The translations under genes were made by a program, and so were the position numbers. A stretch of 64,000 nucleotides of DNA, taken from contig JAQGDQ010000154.1 in NCBI GenBank assembly GCA_030141605.1, positions 124,001 to 188,000 on the forward strand, in the 5' to 3' direction. This document shows positions 13,639 to 25,125 of this stretch, in pieces. This DNA is from Tubiluchus corallicola. Its lineage: Eukaryota; Animalia; Priapulida. The notes beneath the pieces were generated by a model that worked only from the letters and a program-made list of their open reading frames with translations, did no database searches and was not told the DNA's origin. Positions within the stretch are counted from its first letter, which is position 1, and each line of letters opens with the position of its first letter.

Positions 13639-16600
13639 ACACCGTCATAAATAAGCATGTACTTATGTTTAGAAATTAGTTTTCACAAAAGACACAACAC
13701 TAATCCATGATATGCAATCATTTTATAAGAATGCAGAACAATCAACTAAACATACCAATGATCTACAAGTGATTTTGCGTAAGAACATACTATACAGTAC
13801 AGCATTGTGAAATGCACCTAGCTTCAGATGCTGACTGGCTGGTTAGCGTTACTTGTTGTAAAGCAACCCCAATCCCACGGCTGTTAAATTTTCTACAATG
13901 TTTTTGCAGAACCGTAACAGTGAAATAAACAGACCTGGGTGATGGCACTTAGTGCTGAGCTTGGGTAGCAGTCTACCGCCTTCTGCCCCTTACATGAAAA
14001 ACATAGACAGCAGTGTGGAATCTTCCATAGTGAAAGGGTTAAACATAGCATATCATTGGCTGTATCTGCTCAATACAGAATAATATTAGTAAAAGTTGAA
14101 TTAAAAATGAGTCGCAATAGAGATATCAATAACCATATTTTTTTCATAGTTAGTACATTTAAATCAGTTTTACCATCTACACTATGCCTAAAGTAATGAA
14201 ATCTTTTTCAGGGAGGGGAGGTAATACTTGGATCAGTCCAATTGGTTGTGCCATGTTCTCTTTGCATTTGCGTGTACCATTAAAGTCACATTTAGGTCAG
14301 AAACCATCATACGTACAACATCTTATTTCACTGGCTGTAGTGGAAGCTGTCTGTAACATACCTGGTTATGAGGTGAGTGCCCTAATCAGAGTAGCACACC
14401 TGGTTATGAGGTGAGTGCTGTCATTAAAGTAGCACACCTGGTTATGAACTGTCATCAGAAATTCGGTTTTTCTTGATTTTATAAGTGTCTTTACAGAAGC
14501 ATCAGCAATTATCATTCAAGATGTACTGACAAGTTGGTTTTATAGCTTGACCAGTGGTTACCTCACTGCAGATGAAAAAAGATTAATGAAGTTGTCTTTC
14601 CCTGGTGGGATCTTGTATATCTTATCTGTATTTGTGCTGTCATTTCACTACTTTTCTGTTTGTTGTCTAATTTGTTCTATTTTGTTTTTTCACCATCATT
14701 TTCAGGATATAAATCTTCGACTGAAGTGGCCTAATGACATCTACTATGGTCGTCATGTTAAGATAGGTGGAGTTATTGTCAATTCAACAATTCTTGGTGC
14801 ACTCCATGCCGTTGTTGGTATGTAAAGTTTTGTTTGTTTTTTAATCTGAGACACCACAAGTCAGAATCTAGCATTCAGTGATTCATTATCAAGGATATCA
14901 TTCTAGATCCAGCAGTCGTATTCCAGCCATATTCGAATGTGAATCCTCTGTGATCCATCCCTCAGTCAGCATCATTATGGCAAGTGAAACAGATCAGTGC
15001 TAGTAACAAAGTCAAGCGGTCACGAGTTTTTCTCACGAAATTCATGCGTACTCACTCGGCCATGAACACCACAGTTATTTTACGAACTCGAACTCTATCA
15101 TGAACCGCACCGTGAATGGATGTCCGTGAACAGTTGTGTGGCTGTCGGTCTTGCCCTGGGCTAAAAGTGGCTGATACACTTCTGATGGTTCAGTGCCTCA
15201 TGCTAGTAGGTTAACCTTGATAATGACTGAGCCTCCGGTCCCCCACAATCACAAGCATTAAGTTGGTCTTAACACTGAGTGCAGCATTCCAGCTTGTAGC
15301 ATTCCAAACTGTTTACAGAAGCAAGAGGTCAGAATTATTTTATTCAAGTTGTTGCTTACCCATTGCTTTGACAGTTCAAGTTGTTGACGGTGGTTTTGCG
15401 TTCAAGTTGTTGCTCAAACTGTGCTTTGACAGTTCAAGTTATTGACGGTGCTATTCAATTCAAATTCTTGCTTAAACTGTGCTTTGACAGTTCAACTTGT
15501 TGACTGTGCTTTTGCGTTCAAGTTGTTGCTTACCCGGTGCTTTGATTGTTCAAGTTGTTGACTGTGCTTTTCCGTTCAAGTTGTTGCTTACCCGGTGTTT
15601 TGGTTTTGACAGGTTGTGGTGTGAACGTGTCAAACAGCACGCCTACATGCTGCATCAATGATGTGATACGACAGCACAATGTTGAACACGGTACCGTTCT
15701 CAACGAGTTCACATGCGAGTCGTTAATTGCTAAAGCTGTTACAGAGTTTGAAAAGTTAGTCGAGAAAGTGCAAACTGATGGTGTGGAAGCTATTCTACCA
15801 CTCTACTACAAACGGTGGCTGCACAGGTAGGAGAAGGTTATTGCATTATTTATCTTCCCCTGTTCCTTTTTCATTTTCTTAGTAATTAATGATGCTGTTT
15901 TCATTTTTGTTTAAAGCACAAGAAAACCCTTCATAAACATAAAGCTTAAAAAATTCGTCTTGAAATTTTATACCACTTACATACTGCCTTTTTGAATACA
16001 ATACTTCAATCGGCAGTCATACTGTATAAACGTGTAAATTTAAATTCTAGCGATAACTGTTAGATACAGCCATTTTTACAACAGGTCATTTGAAACACGT
16101 TCAGATAACATTGTGTGAAGTTTGAAAAAATGACCAGGGCATTCATAGCACACATGTTACTAATTGAGTAAAATTTTAAATTACTGTATTTTGTCAGTAA
16201 GATTAAAAATACGTTTTTGGTTAGTGACTGGTGCACCCTGGGGGGTGAGTCAGCGACATTTTACCAATTGGTGAAAACATTTTAAATAATTAATAATTTT
16301 CTTTTCTAGTTACATAAGTCTTTCTAGCAGGTAAGCGAAAATCTAAGTAACATAGATTTGCACGGAAAGTCTTTTGAGACATAATTTAACATTGCCTTTT
16401 CTTCCCTTGATTTACGTTTGGTGCATGACATCATGTAATGGCGACATCGGAAAAAGTATTGCGGGAGATTTAAAATGAAAACAAACCAAAATTCCTTTCA
16501 ACGCAGGACGATGTACGCATAAAATTGCTATAAAGTATTATAATTTTTTAAGGCGATTTTTCTGAAACCTACTTTAGGTACCCCTTTTCTTATCTTTTAA

Positions 16601-17584
16601 GGGTTTTCCTTGTTAGCATAAAAATGATGATGTGTGCTTAAGCTTTGCTAATCCATGCTTGGTTCTCGCTAGTGTTTCGTTACTCAGAAGTAGTTTCTAA
16701 ACATTCATTTGTCAAGAATACATTTACATTAAAGGAAGAGCTAAATCTCGTGGGAATTTGAACTTATTTTAATATGTGACTAAAATGTAATTCAGCAATA
16801 AAACTAGGTTAAGTGTCACGTGTAATTAGTAAAATCAATTTAAACTTGCAATTATCAACTATAAAAAATCCAAAATGTTAACAAGAGGTTATTGATGCTA
16901 TTCTTTTTCTTTTTGATGAATTTCATTGCTCACTGTTTAATGAAAAACGGTAGCTGATGATAGCATAATAATAACCTGGAAGTAAACCTAACAGAGTAAC
17001 AGAAGCATTATTTTACAAGCTAAAACTGAACGCCATAAACTAAGTAACCTGCCTGGCACTTTGTGTGCATATATTGTGTAATAATTTCAATATTTTTAAT
17101 TGTATATTAAAATTCAATGAATGTTGTTTGGGGGTTGGTTTTTCCATTAGTAAAAGTTGTGGTGAGATTCTTGAAGAAAGGTAGTCCTTACTTGCTTTGG
17201 CTTGTCTAATTGTATATTTTTTTCTCATTCCGTGACACTTTACAGAAACAACAGAATCTAGCATATTTATTAACAATACTGCTAGTTTTATTTTAATGAA
17301 ATTAAGAAGTAGTTTGTTTAGTTCAGTGTGCTGTTCTACAATGCCGAAAATTTGCCATATTCTTATAATTTCTTATACTGGATTATTTATTTTGTTTTTA
17401 TGAATTTTTCAGTGGTGCGGAGGTGCGGCTAGCTGATCAGGACAACAAAGTTGTTATTATTGAGGGTCTAGATGAATTTGGATACTTACTGGTCAAGTCG
17501 CCCGATGGCAGCTATGCGTCCGTTCAACCCGACGGAAACACTTTTGACATGCTGAAAAACCTCATCACTTTGAAAGAGCGGTGA
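4246..17584 (+). CDS. HLCS: Holocarboxylase synthetase (biotin--protein ligase), full gene model join(4246..4367,5442..5574,6941..7102,7906..8059,8516..10341,11129..11311,12100..12365,13163..13230,14212..14372,14706..14817,15613..15826,17413..17584), 1190 aa
   Basis: All introns are GT-AG and phases join without stops (sum 3573 nt). BPL catalytic motifs are present: [33 protein letters not shown], and the C-terminal [13 protein letters not shown]. The N-terminus MLITISYL resembles the long HLCS isoform start. Confidence 0.93.
5305..5433 (+). mobile_element. Short retroelement 3' end with (TTGAA)n tail
   Basis: gggtggctgac...ttcgctg...aataaatgaattgaattgaattg; related inverted copies at about 2900..3045 and 11621..11745. 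Confidence 0.55.
5442..5574 (+). CDS. HLCS: HLCS coding exon 2
   Basis: ttttgcag acceptor, AAG|GTGAGG donor, open in phase 2->0 ([14 protein letters not shown]...KKVLSVCPK). Confidence 0.72.
5973..6897. repeat. Local tandem duplication in HLCS intron
   Basis: taggtttcta.tcctcacacaatg... at about 5973 and 6585; ttcttaattttatcca...gtggtcct at about 6408-6585 and 6727-6897 (second unit internally deleted). Confidence 0.75.
6941..7102 (+). CDS. HLCS: HLCS coding exon 3
   Basis: ttcattcatag acceptor, GTAAGT donor at 7103, [12 protein letters not shown]... (cf. LNKWALFL in the long HLCS N-terminus); overlaps ORF 6953..7135. Confidence 0.8.
7588..7737. repeat. CCGACTCC-subrepeat element remnant
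   Basis: ggagtcagag followed by multiple ccgactcc / cgactc units, ending gcagccctg. Confidence 0.5.
7906..8059 (+). CDS. HLCS: HLCS coding exon 4
   Basis: [22 protein letters not shown]...[19 protein letters not shown] resembles the PLACRPGDPYRLIAEA...AFMEDRLHMDNGL region of HLCS; donor GTAATC 8060, phase 1. An in-frame alternative acceptor would start the exon at 7894. Confidence 0.85.
8516..10341 (+). CDS. HLCS: HLCS coding exon 5 (1826 nt; acidic Ser-rich region followed by the KPPNVLVY N-terminal BPL domain)
   Basis: ttttttcag acceptor, ORF 8518..10407, CAG|GTATGC donor; [35 protein letters not shown] match the eukaryotic HLCS N-terminal domain. Confidence 0.92.
11129..11311 (+). CDS. 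HLCS: HLCS coding exon 6
   Basis: tgctgtag acceptor, VRLDLEP...[17 protein letters not shown]...LNC, donor GTATGT 11312. Confidence 0.9.
11621..11745 (-). mobile_element. Same (TTGAA)n-tailed retroelement end, inverted
   Basis: (ttcaa)3 tttatt followed by gcagcgaaagacctattggtcac..gtcagctgcccc. Confidence 0.5.
11793..11840. repeat. (TA)n microsatellite
   Basis: Directly visible. Confidence 0.95.
12100..12365 (+). CDS. HLCS: HLCS coding exon 7
   Basis: tttttctag acceptor, ...[33 protein letters not shown], donor GTGAGT 12366. Confidence 0.92.
13163..13230 (+). CDS. HLCS: HLCS coding exon 8
   Basis: ttcttacag acceptor; [22 protein letters not shown]; donor GTATTT 13231; too short for the ORF track. 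Confidence 0.92.
13491..13634. repeat. (CA)n microsatellite
   Basis: Directly visible. Confidence 0.95.
14212..14372 (+). CDS. HLCS: HLCS coding exon 9 (GRGG biotin-binding loop)
   Basis: [18 protein letters not shown]...PGYE; donor GAG|GTGAGT 14373. Confidence 0.95.
14357..14447 (+). repeat. 38-bp tandem repeat spanning the HLCS exon 9 donor
   Basis: acctggttatgaggtgagtgc occurs at 14360 and 14398, with a partial third copy at 14436. Confidence 0.85.
14706..14817 (+). CDS. HLCS: HLCS coding exon 10 (KWPND, KIGG motifs)
   Basis: ttttcag acceptor; [27 protein letters not shown]; donor GTATGT 14818. Confidence 0.95.
15343..15612 (+). repeat. About 58-bp minisatellite (about 4.5 copies) ending at the HLCS exon 11 acceptor
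   Basis: Unit ttcaagttgttgcttacc..tgctttgacagttcaagttgttgac.gtg.ttttgcg. Confidence 0.8.
15613..15826 (+). CDS. HLCS: HLCS coding exon 11
   Basis: ttttgacag acceptor; [17 protein letters not shown]...[10 protein letters not shown]; donor GTAGGA 15827. Confidence 0.94.
15911..16600. mobile_element. Non-autonomous DNA transposon family A copy 1 (TTAA-flanked, Kolobok/T2-MITE-like), in last HLCS intron
   Basis: Begins ttaaagcacaagaaaa and ends ttttcttatcttttaa (imperfect TIR with TTAA at both ends); near-colinear with 58771..59471 and 60789..61482. Confidence 0.8.
17413..17584 (+). CDS. HLCS: HLCS last coding exon (BPL C-terminal domain)
   Basis: tttttcag acceptor; SGAEVRL...[12 protein letters not shown]...[23 protein letters not shown] at 17582-17584; AATAAA at 17631. 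Confidence 0.94.
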
Positions 17585-17709
17585 TTTATCTGCTTTTTGA
17601 ACCGTTTACTAAAAATTTGTCGCCGTGACGAATAAACTCGGCCATCAGAAGAGTGTTACGAGAAAAGTAAATGAAGACGTGGTAACAGAGTTCTGAAGAA
17701 CTGCTCAGC

Positions 17710-18117
17710 CAGGGGCGTATTAACCAATAGGCTAACTAGGCTATACTACAGCCTAGGGCATCACGTTTTAGAAAAAATTCTTGTTCTCCTCAGAAAATGT
17801 GTATACTTTGATATTCATGTAAAGAGCAATTTTATAACACACCATAGGCAGTTACTGACTGCAGTTTTTATATAAGTGCCACATAACAAACAGATGCAAG
17901 GTAGTACACAACAAGTAGTTGCGCAGCCTGCTTGAATATAAGCGCAATGCAAATGCATGTAATTAATAATAACCACATAGAACTACGTTAATAGTTTCTA
18001 ATACACCACAAGTAATTGGTTGATCAGCTCGTTACATAAACAACCATAAATTTACAATAGAGATGGGCAGGACAGAATGATCAGCTTAGGGCGTTGTGAA
18101 GTCTTGATACGCTCCTG
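17710..18117. mobile_element. hAT-like MITE with perfect 8-bp TSD
   Basis: TIR CAGGGGCGTAT / ATACGCTCCTG; TGCTCAGC at both 17702-17709 and 18118-18125. Confidence 0.85.
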
Positions 18118-18906
18118 TGCTCAGCTGTCCTTCAGCATTTTTTCATCTGTTACAAAAACTTATTTTTACGTATATTTCGTATTGCTAAGGAGATCTTTAG
18201 AAATGAACCCGTAAAATGATTCTTACGTTGTAGTAATGTTTGTGTTACATATTAGCTGGTGACTTATTATCATTGCAATTACTAGTGTCATGCTGGCATG
18301 ATTATTAAATTCTTACTTTGCATTCACGTCTGCGTACATAGTGCTTATATGATAATTACTGTAATCGGAATCTAATCAAAGGATTTGTGATATTTGGAAC
18401 TGTTTTGTATTTTCACTGTGTGAAAATGACTGTAGTTTGGTGTAATTAGATTTTTGTAATGTAGATAATTACGTATTTATCAGTTGTGCAATGGAACTGT
18501 CTTTGGCGTTAGTACGATTTAGCAATGACCTTAGTTTTAATTCAATTTTCATTTTCATCTAGGTTAATAATCACTTGACAGGGTAGTTTTTTTAGTTAAT
18601 TTAATTATTTTATAAATTTTTATCAAAAATGCATATTCAGTGGAATTTTGTACCAGGAAATTACATTTATATACGCTGTTCTTATGATTAGTGTTTGATA
18701 GGTGAAGTGTCCGTTGTTATGAAATCTATTGATATTCGCACAGGTATGTGCATGCGTTCATCATTTATCATACACCTGTATGTGGGTTTGTTTTTGGTTC
18801 ATCTGTTGTTAGTGTTTTGCACTCAGTTGTTGACGTAACTTCTAGTGATGGTGGGGTCAGCAACATCATTGTCTGTGCGTCACTAGTGAAAATCATCATT
18901 TTGCTT

Positions 18907-19273
18907 ATTAAAAGTGCTTTTGGCACCACAAGCACTAGCTATCACAATTCAAAATTATCAATTTGCTCATTAAAAGTGCTTTTGGCATCACGAGCACTAG
19001 CTATCACAATTCAAAATTATCAATTTGCTCATTAAAAGTGCTTTTGGCACCACAAGCACTAGCTATCACAATTCAAAATTATCAATTTGCTCATTAAAAG
19101 TGCTTTTGGCACCACAAGCACTAGCTATCACAATTCAAAATTATCAATTTGCTCATTAAAAGTGCTTTTGGCATCACAAGCACTAGCTATCACAATTCAA
19201 AATTATCAATTTGCTCATTAAAAGTCCTTTTGGCACCACAAGCACTAGCTATCACAATTCAAAGTTATCAATT
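18907..19273. repeat. 62-bp minisatellite, about 6 copies
   Basis: attaaaagtgcttttggcaccacaagcactagctatcacaattcaaaattatcaatttgctc starting at 18907, 18969, 19031, 19093, 19155, 19217. Confidence 0.92.
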
Positions 19274-19767
19274 CACTTGTTGAAAATGTTTTCCGACACT
19301 AGATGTTGTCACTATAAACTTTATTGATGAAGAAAAGGGAACAACAGAAAATTTTACTAAACACTAGCTGTATTGCGAAACGTATGCTAAATGTAAATAT
19401 GATGTATGGATGCACTGAAGTAGGAAATTTTATTAATTTTAACAGTTTGAGACAAGTCTGAACTGGAAAACTTGCAAGAGGTATAGAGCTCTTGACCAGA
19501 GCAAGTATACATATTTTGCACAAGTCGTAGCAAGAAGAACTTTTATCGACAATTTCAGAGTGGTGGCAGCATTTCATTAGGCGTGTTGAGATTTACACGT
19601 ATAATTGATTCAGCTTATAGAACAAAATTTCAATATTGCCAGATTCTAAATTGCAGTTGAATAGATAAGTTATAATTATGATTATAATGATTATTAACGT
19701 ATCACGGTCTCCGCGATAGATGTCGCCACAAATACTAGCTATGACAATTGAAAATCACTAATTTTTT

Positions 19768-19785
19768 CGCCACTAGATGTCGCTA
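19768..19785 (+). promoter_or_regulatory. CTCF-like motif CGCCACTAGATGTCGCTA
   Basis: Close match to the CCACYAGRKGGCRC consensus; related TAGATGTCGC at about 19717 and CACTAGATGTTG at about 19297. Motif only, no binding data. Confidence 0.4.
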
Positions 19786-21479
19786 CAGACATTAGCCAGA
19801 GCTGAAGGTAAAAATACGTAACCTTACTCTGTTGTAATTACTCTTTTGTATCTTCCTTGATAATGTTTCTACTGGTCTACGTTGCGCCTAAAATTATCAT
19901 TCGATGTGTATCTATTTTAAGGAAATAATCTGTATACTGTAAATTTTTGTGATACAGTTTCTGTGTTAAAATCATGACCGTGTTTTTAACAATTAATGAA
20001 AATAGGACTGTTTGTAACAGAGATAAGGGATAAAACTTTTAACCTTCTGTGAAAAACAGAAAATGCTGTTGTGCAATTGAAACATTTTTGAGCTATAACT
20101 GTTAACATTTTTTTTTTACAAATTTGTACTTTCCTACATTTTTATTTGATGCAATTATTAGACATTTTTGGTGTAAAAATAGCTTGATCTTAATAAATAT
20201 ATTCTTTTGTAAATAAATTTACTTGGACTACCTTTATTATTTAATTCCGATGACGTATTTGATAACTGATGATGACAAATATTTTATAGTAGCTCTGTTC
20301 TATCTTTCATTTTTTCTATTGTGCACGATGATTAGTCAATTAGTCACATACTGTGATATGTGTTGACAGTGCATGCATTACTTCCACAGATAAGAAGTCC
20401 GAGAGAAAAATTGGATTTATAAGCAACAGTTGTGCATAGAGGAACGAGATGAGAAGCCGGTTCGAGAAGTCAGAAACAAGCACTACTGTTAGCCTCTAGA
20501 AACCAGATTAAGTTTTGAGAGTATCTTCCACAGTGGCAGGAATTTCTTGTAAAAGAGGTTTATTGTAACAACTGACCATGTAAGCAGATATGGGAAAAGA
20601 GGTCAGAGCTCAAGGTCAGTTAACTCGTGTAGGTAAAGAGTTAAACCTTCTTACCTTTTTACAGATTATTCCATTTAATTAACATGAATATATCAGGCAA
20701 TAAAATTTAGTTTTGAATGTTACTATTGTTAAAATTTGCAGCAAGTGCTCTACGTGCCCGCCATTTTCAATGCAAACTAGGCAAAGGCATTTCTTCCAAA
20801 GGTCGGTACAATTTCTTACATCTTGAAGGGGTATTTGGTCCCCTCAGCGCTTGATAATTTTTGCCTTTAATTCCTCTGGATCAAATGACTCCGTGCGACC
20901 GCCACACTCTTTCTTTTAAAGGAATTCCATTCTAGATTGGCGTCGTAGTCTAGAGGATTAACTGACATTTTTTGCTTGATAAAAAAATCTTTATCAGTGG
21001 TTTATGTTTTGTGGTGGAGACCATGATGGTTGCCTGATTTCTTTATTGATTTGCTGTCGTGTGTTGTGCATGCTGTGTCAGCGTGATCGTTTTTCAATTT
21101 ATGCTTAAGCTGAAATTCTTTTGACATTTCAATTTTTAAAATGCAAAAGTATTTCGATCGTAACTTTAAAACTTGAAAAACTGTAAAATTATAACTTTCA
21201 AAGCAAAATGATTGTAACGTCTTACTGTGAAACTTCAACTTTGTAGTTTTTAGTTTATAATTCTAACATTATTGTAGTCTAAACTTCTTCACGTTTTTTT
21301 TCTTGCGTCACCCGATTTAAAGTTGATTGCTGTTGATAATCGTTTCATCAAATCCAGTGAAATAATTTCCAGATTCAAATGGGGGGCTGTTTCTTTTCGC
21401 CATTTAAATCGCGTTTTTCACAAACTCTGCTTACATAACAAGAGCAAGGCTTAATGTGCAAACCGACGAAGAACGTTTT

Positions 21480-21991
21480 ATCTCTAACTGTAATTTTATT
21501 CTACACTCATGAAATTTACTCACTGTTCAGTTAACGTGAAGAGACAATTGTTTAATGCTTACTGCACTACTTTTTATTACATGTCCACTTGGAGACATTT
21601 TTATTCTTACAATCTTAGCAAACTCAAGGTTGCATATAATGTATCAACAAGGAAGCTGTTTAACTTTTCGTATGATACGAGCGCTAGATATATTTCTACT
21701 AGACTTAATATTATTTATTTTGATGTGATTCACAGTAAATGTGCATACAGTTTATACGTCAGGCTGAATAACAGTGAAAATTTTATATGCAAGAACATTT
21801 TAAACAGTGATGCAAACTTTACTTCTGTAATTAGATTCTGTAAATCATTGGGGTAGTTTGTTATATCGTTAATTGTTATTTGTATTATTGTTGTGTTTCA
21901 TGATTTATTGTATTATTTGTATTAATTTGTGATGTGTATATGAACTTTGTGAAGTTTGAAATAAAATATTAAATCTAAAATCTAAATCTAA
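21480..21991 (+). mobile_element. 5'-truncated LINE (CR1/L2/Crack-group) 3' end
   Basis: ORF 21509..21856 (KFTHCSVNVKRQLFNAYCTTFY...KLKVAYN...RLNNSEN) has the form of a LINE ORF2 C-terminus; followed by AATAAA and a (TCTAAA)n tail at about 21960-21991. Confidence 0.75.
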
Positions 21992-22836
21992 GCGTCGCGG
22001 TTGATCAGTGTAAGTAGTGTATGTGGTTTCTCTATATCCAAATGTGATCGTAATTATGTCATGTAAAGTAAGAAAGTGTATTGTCAGTTGTTAAAACATT
22101 GTTACGTTGTTTCATAGTTTTTGATTAATACCTTTTTACAGCTTTATGGACATGTCTACACCGCAGAAAATACATGCCATTATATAAATACCCGGACTAA
22201 TGAATTTCATTGGCTCATCCGGCCGACAAAGCCAGATAGACTTATGGATTTTGATTGAACTAACAAACGGCCAGCATTGAATGGGCTGTTGACAAAGTCA
22301 AGTAGCTATCATTCACCTATTGGCAGAGCACTGACACCATCTCATCAGCTCTTTGCTTGTAAGACGTAGAACAAACATGGCGGGCACAAAGTTCGTGAGT
22401 GGAACAATAGAACATGCTCGCTAACACCCCGCCGATATTCAACAAGATAATCTGTTATTTTTTCCTAGTGTCATCTTGCCAAAAGAGGAGCTCTTCGAAA
22501 GAGAGTTGCAAAGTCAAAGGGTTGAGCAGCCGGTCTGTGTTGTCTTCTATTGTGGCATCTCCTGCTTTACCATGTTCTGTATCATCTTCAAGTTCTTGAC
22601 GAGTTTGTCAGTGACAGTGCTGGAAGTGTTTATTGGATCTGGTCAGTTTGGCACATAATGCCCAGCACGCTGATTATACACAGAAGTGCGTCCATTGAAG
22701 TACATAATTACAGAAAAACACTCAGAGTTGCTGTTACATTTCTAGAGGCAGTGCGTATAATTCTATGCCCGACTGCATCTTGCATACCTACGTTACTTGT
22801 CCAGCTTGGTAATTACAAGACCTCTTCCCCCCCCCC

Positions 22837-23049
<213 letters not shown>

Positions 23050-23379
23050 CGCGCTCTGTCTGTCTGTCTGTATCTGTCTTCTCTCTTCTCTACCCTCCCC
23101 TTCCCTCCCCCCTCTCTTTTGCCCTCCTGTAAGCGAACCCCTGCAAATAGAGGGGAAACAATGTATTTATTGTTTAATAAACAGATTTATATTAATAACA
23201 AAAATCTCCTCTCTTCTCCTTCTCTTTCCCTGTTTCTCTCGCCCTGCCTACCTGTCTGTCTGTGCATCTATCTGTGTGTCTGTCATTCTCCACCTTCCTT
23301 CTCTTTCCTGGTGTTTCGTGCGTGGCTTCTACTGTTGCAAACATCATTATAGGTTTAATCATTTGCACGTAAAATACTC

Positions 23380-23760
23380 TTCACTAACAAAGCTTAAAAG
23401 TCGTCTAGAAATTTGATATCATTTACATGCTCTGCTGTTGCGTATTCGTCTTGCGTTAGCGGTAACGCTGTATAAAACTTGTAAATTTAACTCCCGTAAT
23501 GACCGTTAGGCGTAGCCATTTTAACGGTAAGGCATTTGAAACAAGTTCAGATAACATAACTCAAAGTTTGAAAAAAATTTCAGAGTATTCATAGCACACT
23601 GTTCGCTAACTAAGCAAAAATATAAAATTTTAATTATCTTCTATGGTTAATAAGATCAATAACGTGTTTTTTGAAGCTCACCGAGTCGCTAAGAAATATA
23701 ATTTTCTATGGAAAGTTTTCTGGATGTACTTGAAAACTCCACTTTACTTTCCTTTAACAT
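23380..23760. mobile_element. Family A diverged partial copy
   Basis: Shares aaagcttaaaa..gtc, cgctgtataaaac.tgtaaattta.ctcccg, catttgaaacaagtt.agataaca, aaagtttgaaaaaa blocks with family A; ends approximate. Confidence 0.65.
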
Positions 23761-24059
23761 TACTTGCATGGTTCTAAGATATGGTATGTAACAACAGTAA
23801 GGACATTTACGTCTCATGTATGCAATAAATTGATTACACATTACAATTTATCTGGAGCAAACTCATGCATCGTGTAATGACTGCTGTTAAGTTATAAATA
23901 AGCCCTTACTTATGATTACGTATCTGTAATCATGTACTTCAATAGACTCACTTCTGTGTATAATAAGCGTGTCTGGCCATTATGTGCCAAATTTACGTAT
24001 ATGCTTTAAATTTTCAAACCGTGCAGTAAATATTAAAGGAAAGAACAAGTGCCTCAGTG

Positions 24060-25125
24060 AGCTGAGTTCAGTTTCCTGCCATCACTTAAACTTAGAAAAA
24101 TATGACAAAGAAATGCGCAAAGAACTGCTTATAAAGCATAAATTTAAAATATGGTATATCTGAATAGAAATTTTCAGGCGTGGTGGTTGCTGCCATTCAC
24201 GTGAAAATCATGACGTAACTGCGTGATTTTTTGACTTTTCGTAACCGCGTCGTGGCTTTCCGCAAGGGCGCGCTGCTTAAACTAATTCAAACTACTGCAG
24301 GTTTATGTTCACTTAAAATATTTCAAAATCAGCAATCTATTTTCTTTGTAAAAACTTCTTATACTTTTGGTAAAGATTGACTGTGTGCTACGTTTCTTCA
24401 AGACGAATGACGTCATTGGAAGAAGAATGAATATAGAAAATGGGAGCGCCCAAGCGTGAAGCAAACGCGACTTTGGAGCGGTTTTACTGGATCCACGAGG
24501 CGCTTATTGCAGTTTTATTACTAAATCCTTCTAACATTTTTCGCGAACATTGAAATAAGCCTAACTTCGTGGAAGACTTTGCTTTTCCTTTAAGTAAAAA
24601 AATTGAGGACCTATGCGCCTGTTTTGAGTGCTTTCTTAATCTTACCCGAACAAAATGCCCTGAAAATAAGGAAGCTATTTGCTACTGAGTATTGGACAAC
24701 TTATCTCTAAATACAAGCTGTCTTTTGTGTACTTACTCAAATAGCAACCGAATTTGTATCAGCTAAGTAATATAACAATAATGATAAGAAGTAAGAACTG
24801 CCGCGCGTGAAACTATTGATAAAGTCTGATAAGAACATTTGACTTACGGAGACTCATCGGTTATAATATTGACCTAAAGTGCCGTTCACACCTGTTACTA
24901 AAGAAAGTCACTCAAATATTTGAAATTTCTGCATCAGTCCTGAGTTCGTTTGTTTTATTTACCAAAATTAATTTTGCAAAGTTCGTGTATAGCATATTTT
25001 GTGTATTTTGTAAATGTCTTTAATTCAGATGTACCATATTTTAAATTTATACTTTACAAGCAGTTCTTTGCGCATTTCTTTGTCATATTTTTCTAAGTTT
25101 AAGTGATAGCAGTAAAATAAACTCA
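24060..25125. mobile_element. Element with about 90-bp inverted arms (family D)
   Basis: 24077..24165 is the near reverse complement of 25023..25111; a diverged inverted copy of the left part lies near 61640..61990. Confidence 0.6.

Noticed and set aside
13443-13679. HT/CV repeat ORFs
   Set aside because: (CA)n microsatellite.
18907-19273. CRISPR-like regular repeat
   Set aside because: Units are contiguous with no unique spacers, there are no cas genes, and the context is eukaryotic; it is a minisatellite.
22460-22600. Acidic minus-strand reading frame (QELEDDTEHGK...WQDDTRKK*)
   Set aside because: Short, preceded by a stop, no convincing acceptor, and no recognisable homology.
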